Below, piece after piece: positions 25,788-36,080 of a stretch of 64,000 nucleotides of DNA. Each line of letters begins with the position of its first letter. Positions within the stretch are counted from its first letter, which is position 1. The stretch is taken from the NCBI GenBank assembly GCA_038851755.1, contig JAWCKR010000006.1, positions 11,350 through 75,349 on the forward strand, written 5' to 3'. Source of the stretch: Candidatus Hadarchaeales archaeon (GTDB lineage: Archaea; Hadarchaeota; Hadarchaeia; Hadarchaeales; WYZ-LMO6). A program made the position numbers and the translations under genes. Below the pieces are notes generated by a model. The model saw only the letters and a list, made by a program, of their open reading frames with translations, was not told the DNA's origin and ran no database searches.

Positions 25788-26044
25788 CTTCCTTCCTCCT
25801 TGAGTTCCATCATGTCACGCACCACCGCCACCAATCTCAGGAGGGAGTTCAGGGCGGCGCGCAGGGAGGGCGTATCCCTCGCCCTCACCTCCAGCCTCAG
25901 GGTCTTCCCCCTGGACAAGACCTTCACGGAGCTCTTGTCCTTCCCCGGGGAGGACTCCTCCGGCTTGAGGGCCAGGCAGGCCCTCCTGGCAAGCTCCGCG
26001 CTGGGGAAGACCACTTCCACCTCGGCTTCCGAACGTGTGGACAC
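25763..26044 (-). CDS. pcc1: KEOPS subunit Pcc1
   Basis: It resembles archaeal Pcc1 (AEVEVVFPS...SLRAALNSLLRLV). Its position between rpoP and pfdB is conserved. Confidence 0.55.
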   Translation of the reverse strand: MSTRSEAEVEVVFPSAELARRACLALKPEESSPGKDKSSVKVLSRGKTLRLEVRARDTPSLRAALNSLLRLVAVVRDMMELKEEGRWRNSPRS

Positions 26045-26053
26045 CTCACCACC

Positions 26054-26185
26054 TCACAGGGCCTTTACCCTCCTGACCACGGGCTGGCGCACCTTGTAAA
26101 AAATCCTGAACCCGCAGCGGGGGCAGACTATTCTCTCCAGCTTCTGGATTTCCACGGTTTCCCCGCAGTGATAGCACTTGTACAT
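26054..26185 (-). CDS. rpoP: DNA-directed RNA polymerase subunit P (RpoP/Rpc10; 43 aa; not in the ORF track)
   Basis: Manual translation gives MYKCYHCGETVEIQKLERIVCPRCGFRIFYKVRQPVVRRVKAL, with a CxxC...CxxC zinc ribbon. It lies immediately downstream of L37ae as in other archaea. Confidence 0.7.
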   Translation of the reverse strand: MYKCYHCGETVEIQKLERIVCPRCGFRIFYKVRQPVVRRVKAL

Positions 26186-26186
26186 C

Positions 26187-26423
26187 TCATCTCCTCCAGC
26201 CCTCTGGGGAGGGGGGTTGGTAGGCCTGGCCTGCGAACTTGCTCCCGCACTTGAAGCACTCCCAGATACCCGTGCTGGTCCTCTTCAACTTCAAGGACCC
26301 GCAGGAGGGGCACACCTTCTTCCCCGACTTCTCGGCCTCTATTTCCCCGGCCAGTCTCCGGTCCTTGAGCCCGTACCTGGGACCGTACTTTCCCGCCGCG
26401 CCCACCTTTTTTGTCCTTCCCAT
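26187..26423 (-). CDS. rpl37ae: 50S ribosomal protein L37Ae
   Basis: It has MGRTKKVGAAGKYGPRYG and the C4 zinc ribbon CPSCG...CFKCG. Confidence 0.85.
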   Translation of the reverse strand: MGRTKKVGAAGKYGPRYGLKDRRLAGEIEAEKSGKKVCPSCGSLKLKRTSTGIWECFKCGSKFAGQAYQPPSPEGWRR

Positions 26424-26427
26424 ACCC

Positions 26428-27189
26428 TCACAGCTTCTTCCTCAGTTCTTCCCCGCATCTCCTGGCGAGCTCGTAGGCCTTCTCCAGTTCCTCCCTTTGG
26501 AAGAACCCGCTTCCCCCTTTCTGCATGGCGCAGATGTCCCCGTTCTCCAGGGTGGAGATGGTCAACCTCACGTCCGCCGTGTTCTCCTCCTCCAGACCAG
26601 CGTCCACCATCATCACCCCGTTGAGCTTCACCACGGTCACGGCAACGGGTTTGGCCCGGAGGGGAAACTCGGGGAGGGTCCACTCCTCCGCGGCCGGGGG
26701 CTTCACGTCGTAGAGGGCCGCCACGCTGGCGAGGACGGAGGCATCTATCAGGTTCCCGTCGTGGTCGAGGACGTAGATGTCGATGAAGACCGCCCATACC
26801 TCCTCCCCTTCCTTGATGCACAGCTTTTCCAGGTCTATCATCTGGGACTCCCTGATCGTCCTGTCGACCACCCTGGCCAGCTCTATGGCGTTCTCGTTGG
26901 GCGGTCCTGGCTCGAAGGTGGGTGAGGCGAGGGGCAGGAGTTCGGCGTTCACCACCAGGATGCCGGAGGTGGGGGTATCGGGGAAGGGCTCCCCTTTCTC
27001 CAGCTTCACGCCCACCATCACCTGCGTGTTCCCGAGCTTCACCAGGGCGGAGCCCTGGGCGGTCCCTATTATCCCCCTTTCGATCGAGACCTCCCGGTAC
27101 TGGTCTAGGGCCCTGCCGTCCACCCTTTTCCCCTGGCTGGCCAGGTCCACCAGGTACTCCCTCTTCACGCTTGCTATGAGCTCCTTCAT
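26428..27189 (-). CDS. rrp42: exosome complex component Rrp42 (RNase PH-like, inactive subunit)
   Basis: It has the RNase PH fold and lies adjacent to rrp41 in the superoperon. Confidence 0.75.
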   Translation of the reverse strand: MKELIASVKREYLVDLASQGKRVDGRALDQYREVSIERGIIGTAQGSALVKLGNTQVMVGVKLEKGEPFPDTPTSGILVVNAELLPLASPTFEPGPPNENAIELARVVDRTIRESQMIDLEKLCIKEGEEVWAVFIDIYVLDHDGNLIDASVLASVAALYDVKPPAAEEWTLPEFPLRAKPVAVTVVKLNGVMMVDAGLEEENTADVRLTISTLENGDICAMQKGGSGFFQREELEKAYELARRCGEELRKKL

Positions 27190-27920
27190 CTTCCTTCCTC
27201 CAGCGAGGGCAGGTACTTCTCCTTCAGGGCCTCCTTCTGGGCCTCGTATATCTGCTCCGCCCCCTTGAAGGCCAGGTCAAGGGCTTGCCTGAACTCCTGG
27301 GGGGTGAAGTTCCCGTCCATCTGCAAGAGGGTGATGCACTTCTTCCTGGGCATGACCGCTATGGGCATGTCGGCTTCTCCCCACTGGTCCTCCTCCTTCA
27401 TCAGATCCAGCACCACCGTGCCGTCCACCTTCCCCGCCGAGATCCCCGCCACCAAGTCCCTCATGGGCACACCCGCGTCGGCAAGGGCGACGGAGGCGGC
27501 AGTGATCCCTGCCGTACGGGTCCCCGCGTCTGCTTGGAGGATTTCGATGAACACATCTATCACGGCCCTGGGGTACAGGTGCAGGAAGAGAACGGGCTCC
27601 AGGGCCTCCCTTATCACCTTGGAGATCTCCATGGACCTCCTGTCGGGTCCGGGTCTCTTCCTCTCCTCCACCGAGAAGGGAGCCATGTTGTACCTGCACC
27701 GCAGCACGGCCACATCAGGCTGCTGATGATGTCGTGGGTGCATCTCCTTGGGGCCATAGACGGCGGCCAGGATCTTGTTCTTCCCCAGCTCTATGTAGGC
27801 CGACCCGTCCGCACGCTTCAGGATCCCGGCTTTTATGCGGAGGGGCCTCAGCTCGTCGGGCCTCCTCCCATCCAGCCGCCTCCCGTCTATCAGCAGCCTC
27901 TCGGGTTTTCCCGCTACCAT
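27186..27920 (-). CDS. rrp41: exosome complex exonuclease Rrp41 (RNase PH-like, catalytic subunit)
   Basis: It has the RNase PH core with a phosphate-binding GT(R)TAG-like motif ([19 protein letters not shown]). Confidence 0.8.
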   Translation of the reverse strand: MVAGKPERLLIDGRRLDGRRPDELRPLRIKAGILKRADGSAYIELGKNKILAAVYGPKEMHPRHHQQPDVAVLRCRYNMAPFSVEERKRPGPDRRSMEISKVIREALEPVLFLHLYPRAVIDVFIEILQADAGTRTAGITAASVALADAGVPMRDLVAGISAGKVDGTVVLDLMKEEDQWGEADMPIAVMPRKKCITLLQMDGNFTPQEFRQALDLAFKGAEQIYEAQKEALKEKYLPSLEEGR

Positions 27921-28600
27921 TATCTCTCCTTCTCCAGTTTGGCTTTTATTCTATCCGTAAGTCCAGATAAATGTGCTTCTCTCTCTATTAACAGTATTGC
28001 TTCCACCACCGCGTTCACCTTCCTGGGGTCCCTCCCCCTGATCAGGACCCTCCCGTTCAGCCCCACCTCCAGCTTGCATCCCGAGGTCTCCTCCAGGACC
28101 TTCAGCATGGAGCCCTTCCTCCCTATCACCCGTGGAATCTTGGCGGGGCTTATCTCCACCAGCCTTCCACCCCTGATCCTCCCCAGCCCCCTCTCGGAGG
28201 CGTTCAGCTGTACCCTCCATCTCTCGTCCACCTCCCTCACCTCAGCCAGCACGGTGTCACCTATCCTCAGGAACTTTCCTATGTCCTCCTTGAAGACATC
28301 CACCTTTCTCCCCACCAGCTCCGAAACCATCAGGTTACCGGTGTAGGGGGAGTTGAGGTCGAGGGTCCATCCGAACGGGTGGGCATCGGTGACTATGCCT
28401 ATCACCTTGTCCCCCCTTCTGGGGATGTACCTGCCCTGCAAGGAGATCACGCTTATGCTCTTCTCCCTTATCTCCGCAAGCCCTATCACCGCGGAGAAGA
28501 CCTTCCCGTCCTCGATGAAGGTGCCTTCCCCTGGGAAGTAATCCCCCTCGGCGAGCAGCCTGCCGGGCACCACCAGCTCCCGGTTCTCCACGAACAGCAT
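27920..28600 (-). CDS. rrp4: exosome RNA-binding subunit Rrp4 (S1 + KH domains)
   Basis: It has an N-terminal domain, S1 and KH arrangement, with GDKVIGIV and a KH GxxG-like segment. Confidence 0.75.
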   Translation of the reverse strand: MLFVENRELVVPGRLLAEGDYFPGEGTFIEDGKVFSAVIGLAEIREKSISVISLQGRYIPRRGDKVIGIVTDAHPFGWTLDLNSPYTGNLMVSELVGRKVDVFKEDIGKFLRIGDTVLAEVREVDERWRVQLNASERGLGRIRGGRLVEISPAKIPRVIGRKGSMLKVLEETSGCKLEVGLNGRVLIRGRDPRKVNAVVEAILLIEREAHLSGLTDRIKAKLEKER

Positions 28601-29292
28601 CAGAGCACCTTCGTCTGGACCTCACCCTTGGTGAGGTCGTTCACCTTATCGAAGAACTCGGGCTGGAAGCCTGCGGGGATCTCTACCAGGAGGAGGAGGG
28701 AACCGTCGGTGAGCCATTCCTCCTTCTTCACCTCCGCCATGCCCTTTATCGCGTGCAGCGACTTGCCCGCGTACTGGGGAGGGATCTTCAGGGCTATCCT
28801 CCTCATCTCGAACTTCAGGGGAAGGACGGACTGGATGGCCTTCACCACGGCTGGGATCTGTTCCTCAGCGCTCTTGAACTCGTCTATCCCCACCCTGGCC
28901 TTCCTCACGGCCTCCTCCACCCTCGAGGGGGGATGGGGTAGACCCGTCTGGGGGTTGACGGCCCTCCTGGCTATAAGGGAGACGATCAGCTTCAGTTTTT
29001 CCTCCCTCATCTTCCTTCTCTGCTCAGTGGTCAGCTGAATCTTCCCTTTCAGGAGGATTTGCTCAGCCACCTTCTTCACCTCGTCGGTCCCGAAGACCTT
29101 GAGCAGGGACTCCCTGGAGGCGGCTTCCCCCTTCCCGGCGTCCTTGAAGATCTTCTCCACGGCCAGGAGATTTCCCATCTCCACGCTCTTGCCCTCCCTG
29201 AAAGCCACGGCGAGGTCGGGGTCTACCAGCACCTCGAAGTCCATCCCCTGCGCTGAGAGCCTCGCCACAACGGCGTCTTCCAGCTTTACCAT
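28600..29292 (-). CDS. SBDS-family ribosome maturation protein (Sdo1)
   Basis: It has the three-domain SBDS pattern. Its superoperon position, between rrp4 and psmA, is conserved. Confidence 0.75.
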   Translation of the reverse strand: MVKLEDAVVARLSAQGMDFEVLVDPDLAVAFREGKSVEMGNLLAVEKIFKDAGKGEAASRESLLKVFGTDEVKKVAEQILLKGKIQLTTEQRRKMREEKLKLIVSLIARRAVNPQTGLPHPPSRVEEAVRKARVGIDEFKSAEEQIPAVVKAIQSVLPLKFEMRRIALKIPPQYAGKSLHAIKGMAEVKKEEWLTDGSLLLLVEIPAGFQPEFFDKVNDLTKGEVQTKVL

Positions 29293-29302
29293 CTTCCCCC
29301 CG

Positions 29303-30025
29303 CTACTTCAGCTTGGAGAGGTAGCCGGCGATCTCTTCCGTGGTGAGTTTCTGGAACTTTTTGGTTTTGAGGGGAACCACGGCCACCTCCAGCTTGGTGG
29401 GGTCGAGCTCCCCCTCAATGACCAGCTTCAGGGCCCTGAAGGCCAGCAGCACGGCTTCCTCCAAGCTTATTTTCTCCCCGTATTCCTTCTCCAGGAACTC
29501 GAGCACAGTTGGCGCCCCCCCTCCTATTGCCTGTGCCTTGTAGGCGGCCACCACTCCGCTGGGGTCGGTCTCGAAGAGGTGTGGCCCGTCCCTGTCCACT
29601 CCACCTATCAGCAGCCTGGCGCCGAAGGGTCTCACCCCCCCGTGCTGAGTGTAGAGCTGCTTCAGGTCCCCTATGTGCTTGGCTATGGACTGCACGCTCA
29701 CCGGCTCGTCGTACCTGAGCCTGTTTATCTGGGCCTCTATCCTGGCGTTCTCGATCAGGACCCTGGCGTCGGCTATCAGGCCGGAGGCGGCCGCACCCAC
29801 GTGCTCGTCTATCTGGAAGATCTTTTCAATGGAGAACTCCTCGGCCAGCTTGTTCCTGAGCCTCCGTTCGGCGGAAAGGACCACCCCGTCCCTGGCCTTT
29901 ATCCCCAGCGCGGTCAGGCCTTTCTTCACGGCTTCCTGTGCATACTGCACTTGGAAGAGCTTTCCGTCGGGGCTGAAGACCGTTATGGCCCGGTCGTATC
30001 CTGCTCCTGGTGGTGCGAAAACCAT
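29303..30025 (-). CDS. psmA: proteasome subunit alpha
   Basis: It has the alpha-subunit N-terminal motif YDRAITVFSPDGKLFQVQYA. Confidence 0.85.
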   Translation of the reverse strand: MVFAPPGAGYDRAITVFSPDGKLFQVQYAQEAVKKGLTALGIKARDGVVLSAERRLRNKLAEEFSIEKIFQIDEHVGAAASGLIADARVLIENARIEAQINRLRYDEPVSVQSIAKHIGDLKQLYTQHGGVRPFGARLLIGGVDRDGPHLFETDPSGVVAAYKAQAIGGGAPTVLEFLEKEYGEKISLEEAVLLAFRALKLVIEGELDPTKLEVAVVPLKTKKFQKLTTEEIAGYLSKLK

Positions 30026-30112
30026 ACAGGTCTTACTTATTGGGTGGGGTCCGTATTTAACCTCATCGTCGGTCAGAGGGTGGGGGGAGCGGAAGGTTTG
30101 GGCTTTTAGAGG

Positions 30113-30394
30113 CTAGCTGGCAGAGTAGCCCTTCCTGGCCAGGAACCTCCGCGCGCCCTTCATCGTCCCAGAGACCCCAAGTACCCTTATCCCCCTGAGG
30201 GAGAGCAACGCTCTGAGTTTCTCCACCTGCAGGTGTCCGCAGCGGAGGAGGGCCAAGTCCGAGCTGAGGGGGAGAAGCTTCAGATGGGTTCGGTCTAGAC
30301 TAGGCTCTCCCTCCAGCAGGGTCTGAAGGGAGTTCCCACTGGCCTTCCCCCCGAGTTCCAGGATCAGGTACCTCTTCCTGACTCTTTCCCTCAT
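30113..30394 (-). CDS. RNase P protein subunit Pop5 (Rpp14)
   Basis: Internal start MRERVRKRYLILEL. Its size, superoperon position and 4-nt overlap with the upstream gene all fit Pop5. Confidence 0.55.
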   Translation of the reverse strand: MRERVRKRYLILELGGKASGNSLQTLLEGEPSLDRTHLKLLPLSSDLALLRCGHLQVEKLRALLSLRGIRVLGVSGTMKGARRFLARKGYSAS

Positions 30395-30825
30395 CCTTCC
30401 TTCCCCAGTGACTTGAGGAATTCCAAGAGTCCACCCGCCTTGGAAGGGCCGCCTCCGCCCCTGAGGGTGAGGTGTATCACCTCGTCTCCCCTCCCCAGCA
30501 CCCACCTGCCCCGACAGGCCAGCTGCTTGTCGAGCCTCAGGTAGAGGTTTCCCTGCTCGTCCATGTAGCTCCCCAGGCTCGAGAGCAGGGCCTCCCTGTT
30601 CTCGAGCTTCCGGAGAAGGGAAGAAATCGTCCCCTCCACCTCCCTCCTGCCCCTCACCCTGGCTTCCAGCAGAGAGATGGGATTGCCATGTTGTCCCTCC
30701 AGCTCGGTCCTCTCCACCTTCGTACCTGCGGGGAGGAGGACCCTGAGGACCTCCGCCAGCTTGCTTTCATCTTCGGTGGCGTGGACCAGGATCTTAACCC
30801 TGATCTCCCTGAGGGGGAACCTCAT
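30391..30825 (-). CDS. exosome-associated RNA-binding protein, COG1325/UPF0201 (DUF54) family
   Basis: It has the N-terminal pattern VKILVHATEDESKLAEVL typical of DUF54. It is linked to the exosome superoperon. Confidence 0.5.
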   Translation of the reverse strand: MRFPLREIRVKILVHATEDESKLAEVLRVLLPAGTKVERTELEGQHGNPISLLEARVRGRREVEGTISSLLRKLENREALLSSLGSYMDEQGNLYLRLDKQLACRGRWVLGRGDEVIHLTLRGGGGPSKAGGLLEFLKSLGKEG

Positions 30826-30864
30826 CCGGGTGAAAGAGGTACGGGGGCGGGAAAAACCCTTCGC

Positions 30865-31308
30865 TCAGAGCCCCCTGGCCTTCCTTCCCGCGGAGGTCAG
30901 GCCCCTGAAGACCCTTCCCCTGGCCTTGATCTGGGAGAGCTGCGGATCGCTCCTTATGGCGGGATGGTGGGGATCGATCAGTATCACCTCGAAGTACTCG
31001 TTCTTCCCATCGGAGTCCACCCAGTAGGAGTTGAGGACCTCCAGGTTGGGGTACTTCCTGGCCGCCCTTTCTTCCGCTATCCACTGAAGGCTCTTGGCGG
31101 GCGTGAACTTCCGAACCCCCATCCTGCGGGGCTTTCTACCCCTGACGGGTCTCGGTTTCCTCCTTCCTCCTTTCCTCACCCTCACCCTTACCACCACCAC
31201 ACCCTGTTTGGCCTTGTACCCCAGGGCCTTGGCCCTTCTTAGCTTGGTGGGTTTGGGAATCCTCACCACGGAGGGCTCCTTCCCGGTTCCCGTTTTCCCA
31301 GGGTTCAT
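30865..31308 (-). CDS. rpl15e: 50S ribosomal protein L15e (N-terminally short)
   Basis: The C-terminal two-thirds align to L15e ([11 protein letters not shown]...NSYWV...HPAIRSD...[12 protein letters not shown]). An in-frame TGA lies 5 codons upstream of the ATG. Only an 8-bp gap separates it from serA. Confidence 0.65.
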   Translation of the reverse strand: MNPGKTGTGKEPSVVRIPKPTKLRRAKALGYKAKQGVVVVRVRVRKGGRRKPRPVRGRKPRRMGVRKFTPAKSLQWIAEERAARKYPNLEVLNSYWVDSDGKNEYFEVILIDPHHPAIRSDPQLSQIKARGRVFRGLTSAGRKARGL

Positions 31309-31315
31309 TCCTCCA

Positions 31316-32254
31316 TCACCCCATCAGCTCTCTTATCCTCTGGGAGAGGATGAGAGCCATGTTCTGCTGGGATTCCACGGTGGAGGCGCCTATGTGGGGG
31401 GTGGGGATCACCTGCTCCAGCGACAGGAGTTCAAGGTTCTTGGTGGGTTCCTCCGCGAAGACGTCCAGGCAGGCCCCCGCTATCTTCCCCTCCCGCAGGG
31501 CGCGGACCAGGGCATCCTCGTCCACGATTTTTCCTCGGGAGGTGTTTATCAAAACGGCGGTGGGTTTCATGAGGGAGAGCTCCCTTTCACCTATCATCTT
31601 TTCCGTCTCCGGGGTGAGCGGAACATGTATGGTCACGAAGTCGGACTCCCGGAGGAGGGTGGGCAGGTCAACGTACACCACTCCCTTCTCCCCCATCTCC
31701 TCTCTCCTCACTAGGTCATATCCCAGCACCCGCATGCCGAAGGCCAGGGCCTTGGAGGCTACCTCCCCCCCTATCCTCCCCACCCCTATCACCCCCAGGG
31801 TTTTTCCCTTGAGCTCGGTCCCCATGAACTTTTCCTTCCCCCATCTCCCTTCCTTGAGTTCCCTGTAGGCCTGGGGAATCTTCCTGGCCCAGCAGAGCAT
31901 CAAACCCATCACCAGCTCCGCCACGGCGGTCTTGGAGGCCTCGGGGGCGTAGACCACCTTTATGCCCCTCTCCTCTGCGGCCTTCACATCGATGTTGTCT
32001 ATTCCCACCCCGGCCCTGGCCACGATTTTGAGTTTTTTCCCGGCCTCTATCACCCTCCTGGTGACCTTGGTGGCGCTTCTCACTATCAGGACCTCGTACT
32101 TCTCTATCTCCCTGCAAAGTTCCTCTTCGGAGAGCCCCGGTTTGACCACCACCTCCCCCAGCTCCTCCATCTTCTTGGCGAAGTCGGGTAAGACGCGGTC
32201 AGCCACGAAAATCTTCAGGGTCCCCACCTTTTCCTTACAACTTTCTTTCCCCAA
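31316..32254 (-). CDS. D-isomer-specific 2-hydroxyacid dehydrogenase (SerA/phosphoglycerate dehydrogenase-like, no ACT domain)
   Basis: It has the NAD-binding motif [13 protein letters not shown] and the catalytic R/E/H triad region. Confidence 0.7.
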   Translation of the reverse strand: MGKESCKEKVGTLKIFVADRVLPDFAKKMEELGEVVVKPGLSEEELCREIEKYEVLIVRSATKVTRRVIEAGKKLKIVARAGVGIDNIDVKAAEERGIKVVYAPEASKTAVAELVMGLMLCWARKIPQAYRELKEGRWGKEKFMGTELKGKTLGVIGVGRIGGEVASKALAFGMRVLGYDLVRREEMGEKGVVYVDLPTLLRESDFVTIHVPLTPETEKMIGERELSLMKPTAVLINTSRGKIVDEDALVRALREGKIAGACLDVFAEEPTKNLELLSLEQVIPTPHIGASTVESQQNMALILSQRIRELMG

Positions 32255-33416
32255 AAATCTGGTAGGGCAGGGTGAAAAGCCTGACCATCCCCTCGGCCTC
32301 CCTCTGGTCCAGACCCTTCTGCTTCACCGACCTCAGTTGGGGCAGGAAAAGGGAGGAGGGTGATTCCCTCTTCACTATCCTCATCCCTCCCTTGTAGAGC
32401 TCCACCTCCACCCTGCCGTTCACGGTCCTCTGGGTGGAGTCGATGAAGGCATCCAGGTCCTTCTTAAGGGGATGCAGCCAGGAAGCGTGGTAGACCATGT
32501 CGGCCCAGAGCCTGTCTATTTCCCTCTTCACGCGCAGCTGTTCCTTGGTGAGGGTGAGGTGCTCCAGGTCGGCGTGGGTGTAGAGGAGGATGGTTGCGGC
32601 TGGGGCCTCGTATAGCTCCCTGGATTTCAGACCTAGCATGCCGTCCTCCAGGATGTCGATGATCCCCACCCCGTTCTTCCCCCCCACCTCGTTCAGGTAG
32701 AAGATCATCTGGACGGGGTCCCTTATTCCGTCCACCTCCACGGGCACTCCCCTCTCGTAGGTGATGCTGACCACGGTGGGCTTGTCCGGTGCCTTCTCCG
32801 GTGGAACAATCCACAGGTAGTCCTCCGGGAACTGGGAGACGAGGTCCTCCACCTGTCCGCTCCCCATGGAGTGGGACCACATGTTGATGTCTCCTCCAAG
32901 CTTGCCTTTCGGCCTCTTGGGCTCCACCCCGTGCTTCCTCAGCATCTCCTCCTCCTCCGCCCTGGAGAGGTTGAGCTCCCTCACGGGTGCGATGATCCTG
33001 ATGTTGGGCAGATAGTACCTGAAGACGGACTCCACCCTGAACTGGTCGTTGCCCTTCCCGGTGCAGCCGTGCGCCACCGCCTCCGCCCCCTCCTGCTTGG
33101 CCACCTCCGCCACCTTGGTGGCTATCAGCACCCTGCTCATGGAGGTGCCGACGGGATATCCCTCGTAGCTCCCGTTGGCCTTTACGCACTTGTGGATGTA
33201 CTCCGTGACGAACTCCTTCTTGGCGTCTATGAACCTGACCTCAGCCCCCAGCTTTTTCGCCCTCTCGAAACCTATCTGGATCTCTTCCTCCCCCTGCCCC
33301 ACGTCCACAAGTACCGGTATCACTTCATCGTAGCCGTACCTCTCCCTCAAGAGAGCGATGAGGAGGGTGGAATCGAGCCCTCCCGAGTAGGCCAGCGCCA
33401 CCTTTTTGCCGGACAT
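32235..33416 (-). CDS. argG: argininosuccinate synthase (second paralog)
   Basis: Internal start MSGKKVALAYSGGLDS (PP-loop) and AHGCTGKGNDQ. The upstream 171-aa G/E-rich stretch in the ORF track is an artefact. Confidence 0.85.
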   Translation of the reverse strand: MSGKKVALAYSGGLDSTLLIALLRERYGYDEVIPVLVDVGQGEEEIQIGFERAKKLGAEVRFIDAKKEFVTEYIHKCVKANGSYEGYPVGTSMSRVLIATKVAEVAKQEGAEAVAHGCTGKGNDQFRVESVFRYYLPNIRIIAPVRELNLSRAEEEEMLRKHGVEPKRPKGKLGGDINMWSHSMGSGQVEDLVSQFPEDYLWIVPPEKAPDKPTVVSITYERGVPVEVDGIRDPVQMIFYLNEVGGKNGVGIIDILEDGMLGLKSRELYEAPAATILLYTHADLEHLTLTKEQLRVKREIDRLWADMVYHASWLHPLKKDLDAFIDSTQRTVNGRVEVELYKGGMRIVKRESPSSLFLPQLRSVKQKGLDQREAEGMVRLFTLPYQIFGERKL

Positions 33417-33430
33417 TCTCTCCCTTTCCC

Positions 33431-34930
33431 CTAACTCGATATATAAGCCTTCACGGTTTTCGCCAGTTTTTCCCCGGCTTCCTCCAGCTTTTTCTTCCTC
33501 TGGTCCAGCCTGGCCCTTCTCCTCTCCAGTTCCCTCTTCCTGGTCCCCAGCATCCTCCTCACCTCCCTGGGGGAGGGGCTCCCCACGGTCCTCCTCATCC
33601 TCAGGGAGAAGAGGGGGTCCAGGTACCTGAGCACCTTCTGCTCCACCCTCACCTTCCTTCCCAGGGCCTTCTCTCCCGCCCTCTCCAGGAGTTCCACCGA
33701 GAGGTCCTTGACGGTGAGGCCAGAGGAGAAGGCCTCTTTCACCGCCTGCCCCACCACCGCGTGGGCCTCCCTGAAGGAGAGCCCAGCCTCCCTCACCAGA
33801 CCCTCCGCCAGGTCCCAGGCGAGCGCCCAGCTGAGGGAGGAAGAAGAGGTCGTCCTCTCCTCCTTCACCTTCATGGTTTCCACCACCCCCTTCATGATCT
33901 CCAGGCAGCTCCTGGTTTCGTCCAGGCACCTCCAGAGGGGAGGCTTCACCTGCTGCAGGTCCCTGTTGTACCCGCTGGGGATGCCCTTCAGCAGGGTAAG
34001 GAGGGAGAGGAGGGATCCGTGGACCTCCCCCACCCTCCCCCTTATAAGCTCCAGGGTGCAGGGGTTCTTCTTCTGAGGCATGGCGCTCGAGGTGGAGGAG
34101 TACTCGTCAGAGAGCTCCACATACCCGAACTCCTGCGTGGACCAAAGGATGAGGTCCTCCGCCATCCTGCTCAGGTGGGTCATGAGGAGACTCATGCAGG
34201 CAGCGGCCTCCAGCACCGCGTCCCTCGAGCTCACCGCGTCGAGGGAGTTCTCCACCAGTCCCTCGAAACCCAGCAGGGAGGCGGTCCTCCTCCTGTCGAG
34301 GGGGAAGGTGGAGCCACCCACCGCTCCTCCTCCCAGCGGGCAGAGGTTCACCCTGCGGTAGCAGTCCTCCATCCTGTCGAAGTCCCTGAGGAGGAGGTCG
34401 GTCTGGGCGAGCAGGTAGTGCCCCACCGTTCCCAGCTGGGCGTGCTGGGTGTGGGTGAGGAGAATGAGGGGAGTTTCCAGGTGCTCCTCGGCTCTCCTGA
34501 GGAGGACCTCCACCAGCTGGAGAAGGGAGGAGGAAATGAGGTTCAGTTCCTTCCTGAGCCTCAGCCTGAGGTCCAGGGCCACCTGGTCGTTCCTCGATCT
34601 CCCGGTGTGGAGCTTGCCCCCGATTTTCATCCCCACCTCCGCTATCACCCTGGCTTCCAGGAGCTCGTGCACGTCCTCGAATCTTCCCTCCACCTTCAGC
34701 TTCCCCCTCCTGTGCTCCTCCCTCATCCTCTCCAGGGAGGTGAGGATGGCCTTCAGCTCCTCCCGGGAGAGGATGCCCTGCTCGTGGAGCATAATCTCAT
34801 GGGCTTCCGTTCCATCTATGTCCTCCTCCACCATCCTCTCGTCCTCCTTGAGGGAGGAGACGAACCTCCAGACTTCCTCCTTCAGCCCCCTCGAAACCCT
34901 GCTCCTGTAGATTCCCTTCTCATCCCGCAT
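33431..34930 (-). CDS. argH: argininosuccinate lyase
   Basis: It has fumarase/aspartase-family motifs, including the GSSxMPxKxN-like segment [10 protein letters not shown]. The start is probably [11 protein letters not shown]. Confidence 0.85.
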   Translation of the reverse strand: MRDEKGIYRSRVSRGLKEEVWRFVSSLKEDERMVEEDIDGTEAHEIMLHEQGILSREELKAILTSLERMREEHRRGKLKVEGRFEDVHELLEARVIAEVGMKIGGKLHTGRSRNDQVALDLRLRLRKELNLISSSLLQLVEVLLRRAEEHLETPLILLTHTQHAQLGTVGHYLLAQTDLLLRDFDRMEDCYRRVNLCPLGGGAVGGSTFPLDRRRTASLLGFEGLVENSLDAVSSRDAVLEAAACMSLLMTHLSRMAEDLILWSTQEFGYVELSDEYSSTSSAMPQKKNPCTLELIRGRVGEVHGSLLSLLTLLKGIPSGYNRDLQQVKPPLWRCLDETRSCLEIMKGVVETMKVKEERTTSSSSLSWALAWDLAEGLVREAGLSFREAHAVVGQAVKEAFSSGLTVKDLSVELLERAGEKALGRKVRVEQKVLRYLDPLFSLRMRRTVGSPSPREVRRMLGTRKRELERRRARLDQRKKKLEEAGEKLAKTVKAYISS

Positions 34931-36062
34931 GGATTTCCTCCAGCTTCCGTGCCACGGCCTCTCCCACCTCGTGGGTCTTGGAGGTTCCACCGAGATCGTG
35001 CGTGAGGTGCTTCCCTTCCCTGAGCACTTCCATTACGGCTTTCTCCACGAGCTGCGAGGCCTCCTTCTCCCCGAGTTCTTCCAGCATCATTTTTCCGGCC
35101 AGAATGGCGGCCAGGGGATTGGCCAACCCCTTTCCAGCGTACTTGGGGGCGGAGCCGTGGATGGGCTCGAACATGCTTATCCCTTCCGGGTTCAGGTTTC
35201 CGCCTGGGGCCAGACCCATTCCCCCCTGGATCATCGCCCCAAGGTCGGTTATGATGTCCCCGAACATGTTGGGGGTGACCACCACCTCATACCACTCTGG
35301 GTTCTTCACCATCCACATGGTCATGGCGTCCACGAAGGCAAACTCAGTCTCTATTTCCCTGTAATTCTTCGCCACCTCCTGGAAAACCTCCCTCCACAGG
35401 CTGTATACATGGGTGAGGACGTTGGCCTTGTCCACGGCTGTTACCTTCCCCCTTCCCTCCCTCTTGGCCAGCTCGAAGGCGTACCTTATCACCCTCTCCG
35501 CGCCCCTGCGGCTCATCACTCCTATTTGGTAAGCTACCTCCTCCTTCCCGCTCTCCAGGTCCACCCCAAGCTTGAGCTGGTACAGCTCCCTCATCATGCG
35601 GTGCTCATCCTTCCACTTCCCTTTTCCCCTTCCCCCCAGTCCCACGTAGAAATCCTCGGTGTTCTCCCTGACCACGTAGAAATCTATGTCTTCAGGCTTT
35701 TTGTTCTTCAGGGGACAGGGGACTCCAGGGTAAAGCTTGATGGGACGCAGGTTGATGTACTGATCGAAATAAAACCTCAGGGTGAGCAGGAGGCCTTTCT
35801 CCAGCACTCCGGTGGGCACCCTGGGATCGCCCACCGCCCCCAGGTAGATGGCATCGAACTTCGAGAGCTCCTTCAGATCGTCCTCCCCCAGGAGCTTTCC
35901 CGTCCTGAGGTAGTACTCCCCGCCATAGGGAAATTCCTCCAGGGAAAGCTCCACCCCGGTGAGTTCGCACGCGGCTCGGAGAACCCTCACACCCTCCCTT
36001 ATTACCTCTGGACCTATACCATCCCCTGGTATAACAGCGATTCTGTGACCCATGGGTCTCAA
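34920..36062 (-). CDS. leuB: 3-isopropylmalate dehydrogenase (isocitrate/homoisocitrate dehydrogenase family)
   Basis: It has [13 protein letters not shown] and NMFGDIITD. Confidence 0.85.
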   Translation of the reverse strand: MRPMGHRIAVIPGDGIGPEVIREGVRVLRAACELTGVELSLEEFPYGGEYYLRTGKLLGEDDLKELSKFDAIYLGAVGDPRVPTGVLEKGLLLTLRFYFDQYINLRPIKLYPGVPCPLKNKKPEDIDFYVVRENTEDFYVGLGGRGKGKWKDEHRMMRELYQLKLGVDLESGKEEVAYQIGVMSRRGAERVIRYAFELAKREGRGKVTAVDKANVLTHVYSLWREVFQEVAKNYREIETEFAFVDAMTMWMVKNPEWYEVVVTPNMFGDIITDLGAMIQGGMGLAPGGNLNPEGISMFEPIHGSAPKYAGKGLANPLAAILAGKMMLEELGEKEASQLVEKAVMEVLREGKHLTHDLGGTSKTHEVGEAVARKLEEIHAG

Positions 36063-36080
36063 TTATCTTGAGGGGACTCT

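Noticed and set aside
26187-26423. Interpreting the small Cys-rich ORF as LysW/ArgW of a LysW-mediated pathway
   Set aside because: The sequence is unmistakably ribosomal protein L37Ae (MGRTKK...KYGPRYG, C4 ribbon). The arg cluster uses the classical acetylated route (argJ, argB).
33417-33929. A 171-aa Gly/Glu-rich N-terminal extension on argG, a 206-aa extension on leuD (36594-37211), 188 aa on the DUF2148 gene (13942-14505) and 136 aa on the NTP-transferase gene (21559-21966)
   Set aside because: They are low-complexity, overlap neighbouring genes on the same or the opposite strand, and conserved family N-termini begin at internal Met codons with RBS-like sequences. They are ORF-caller over-extensions in stop-poor GC-rich DNA.
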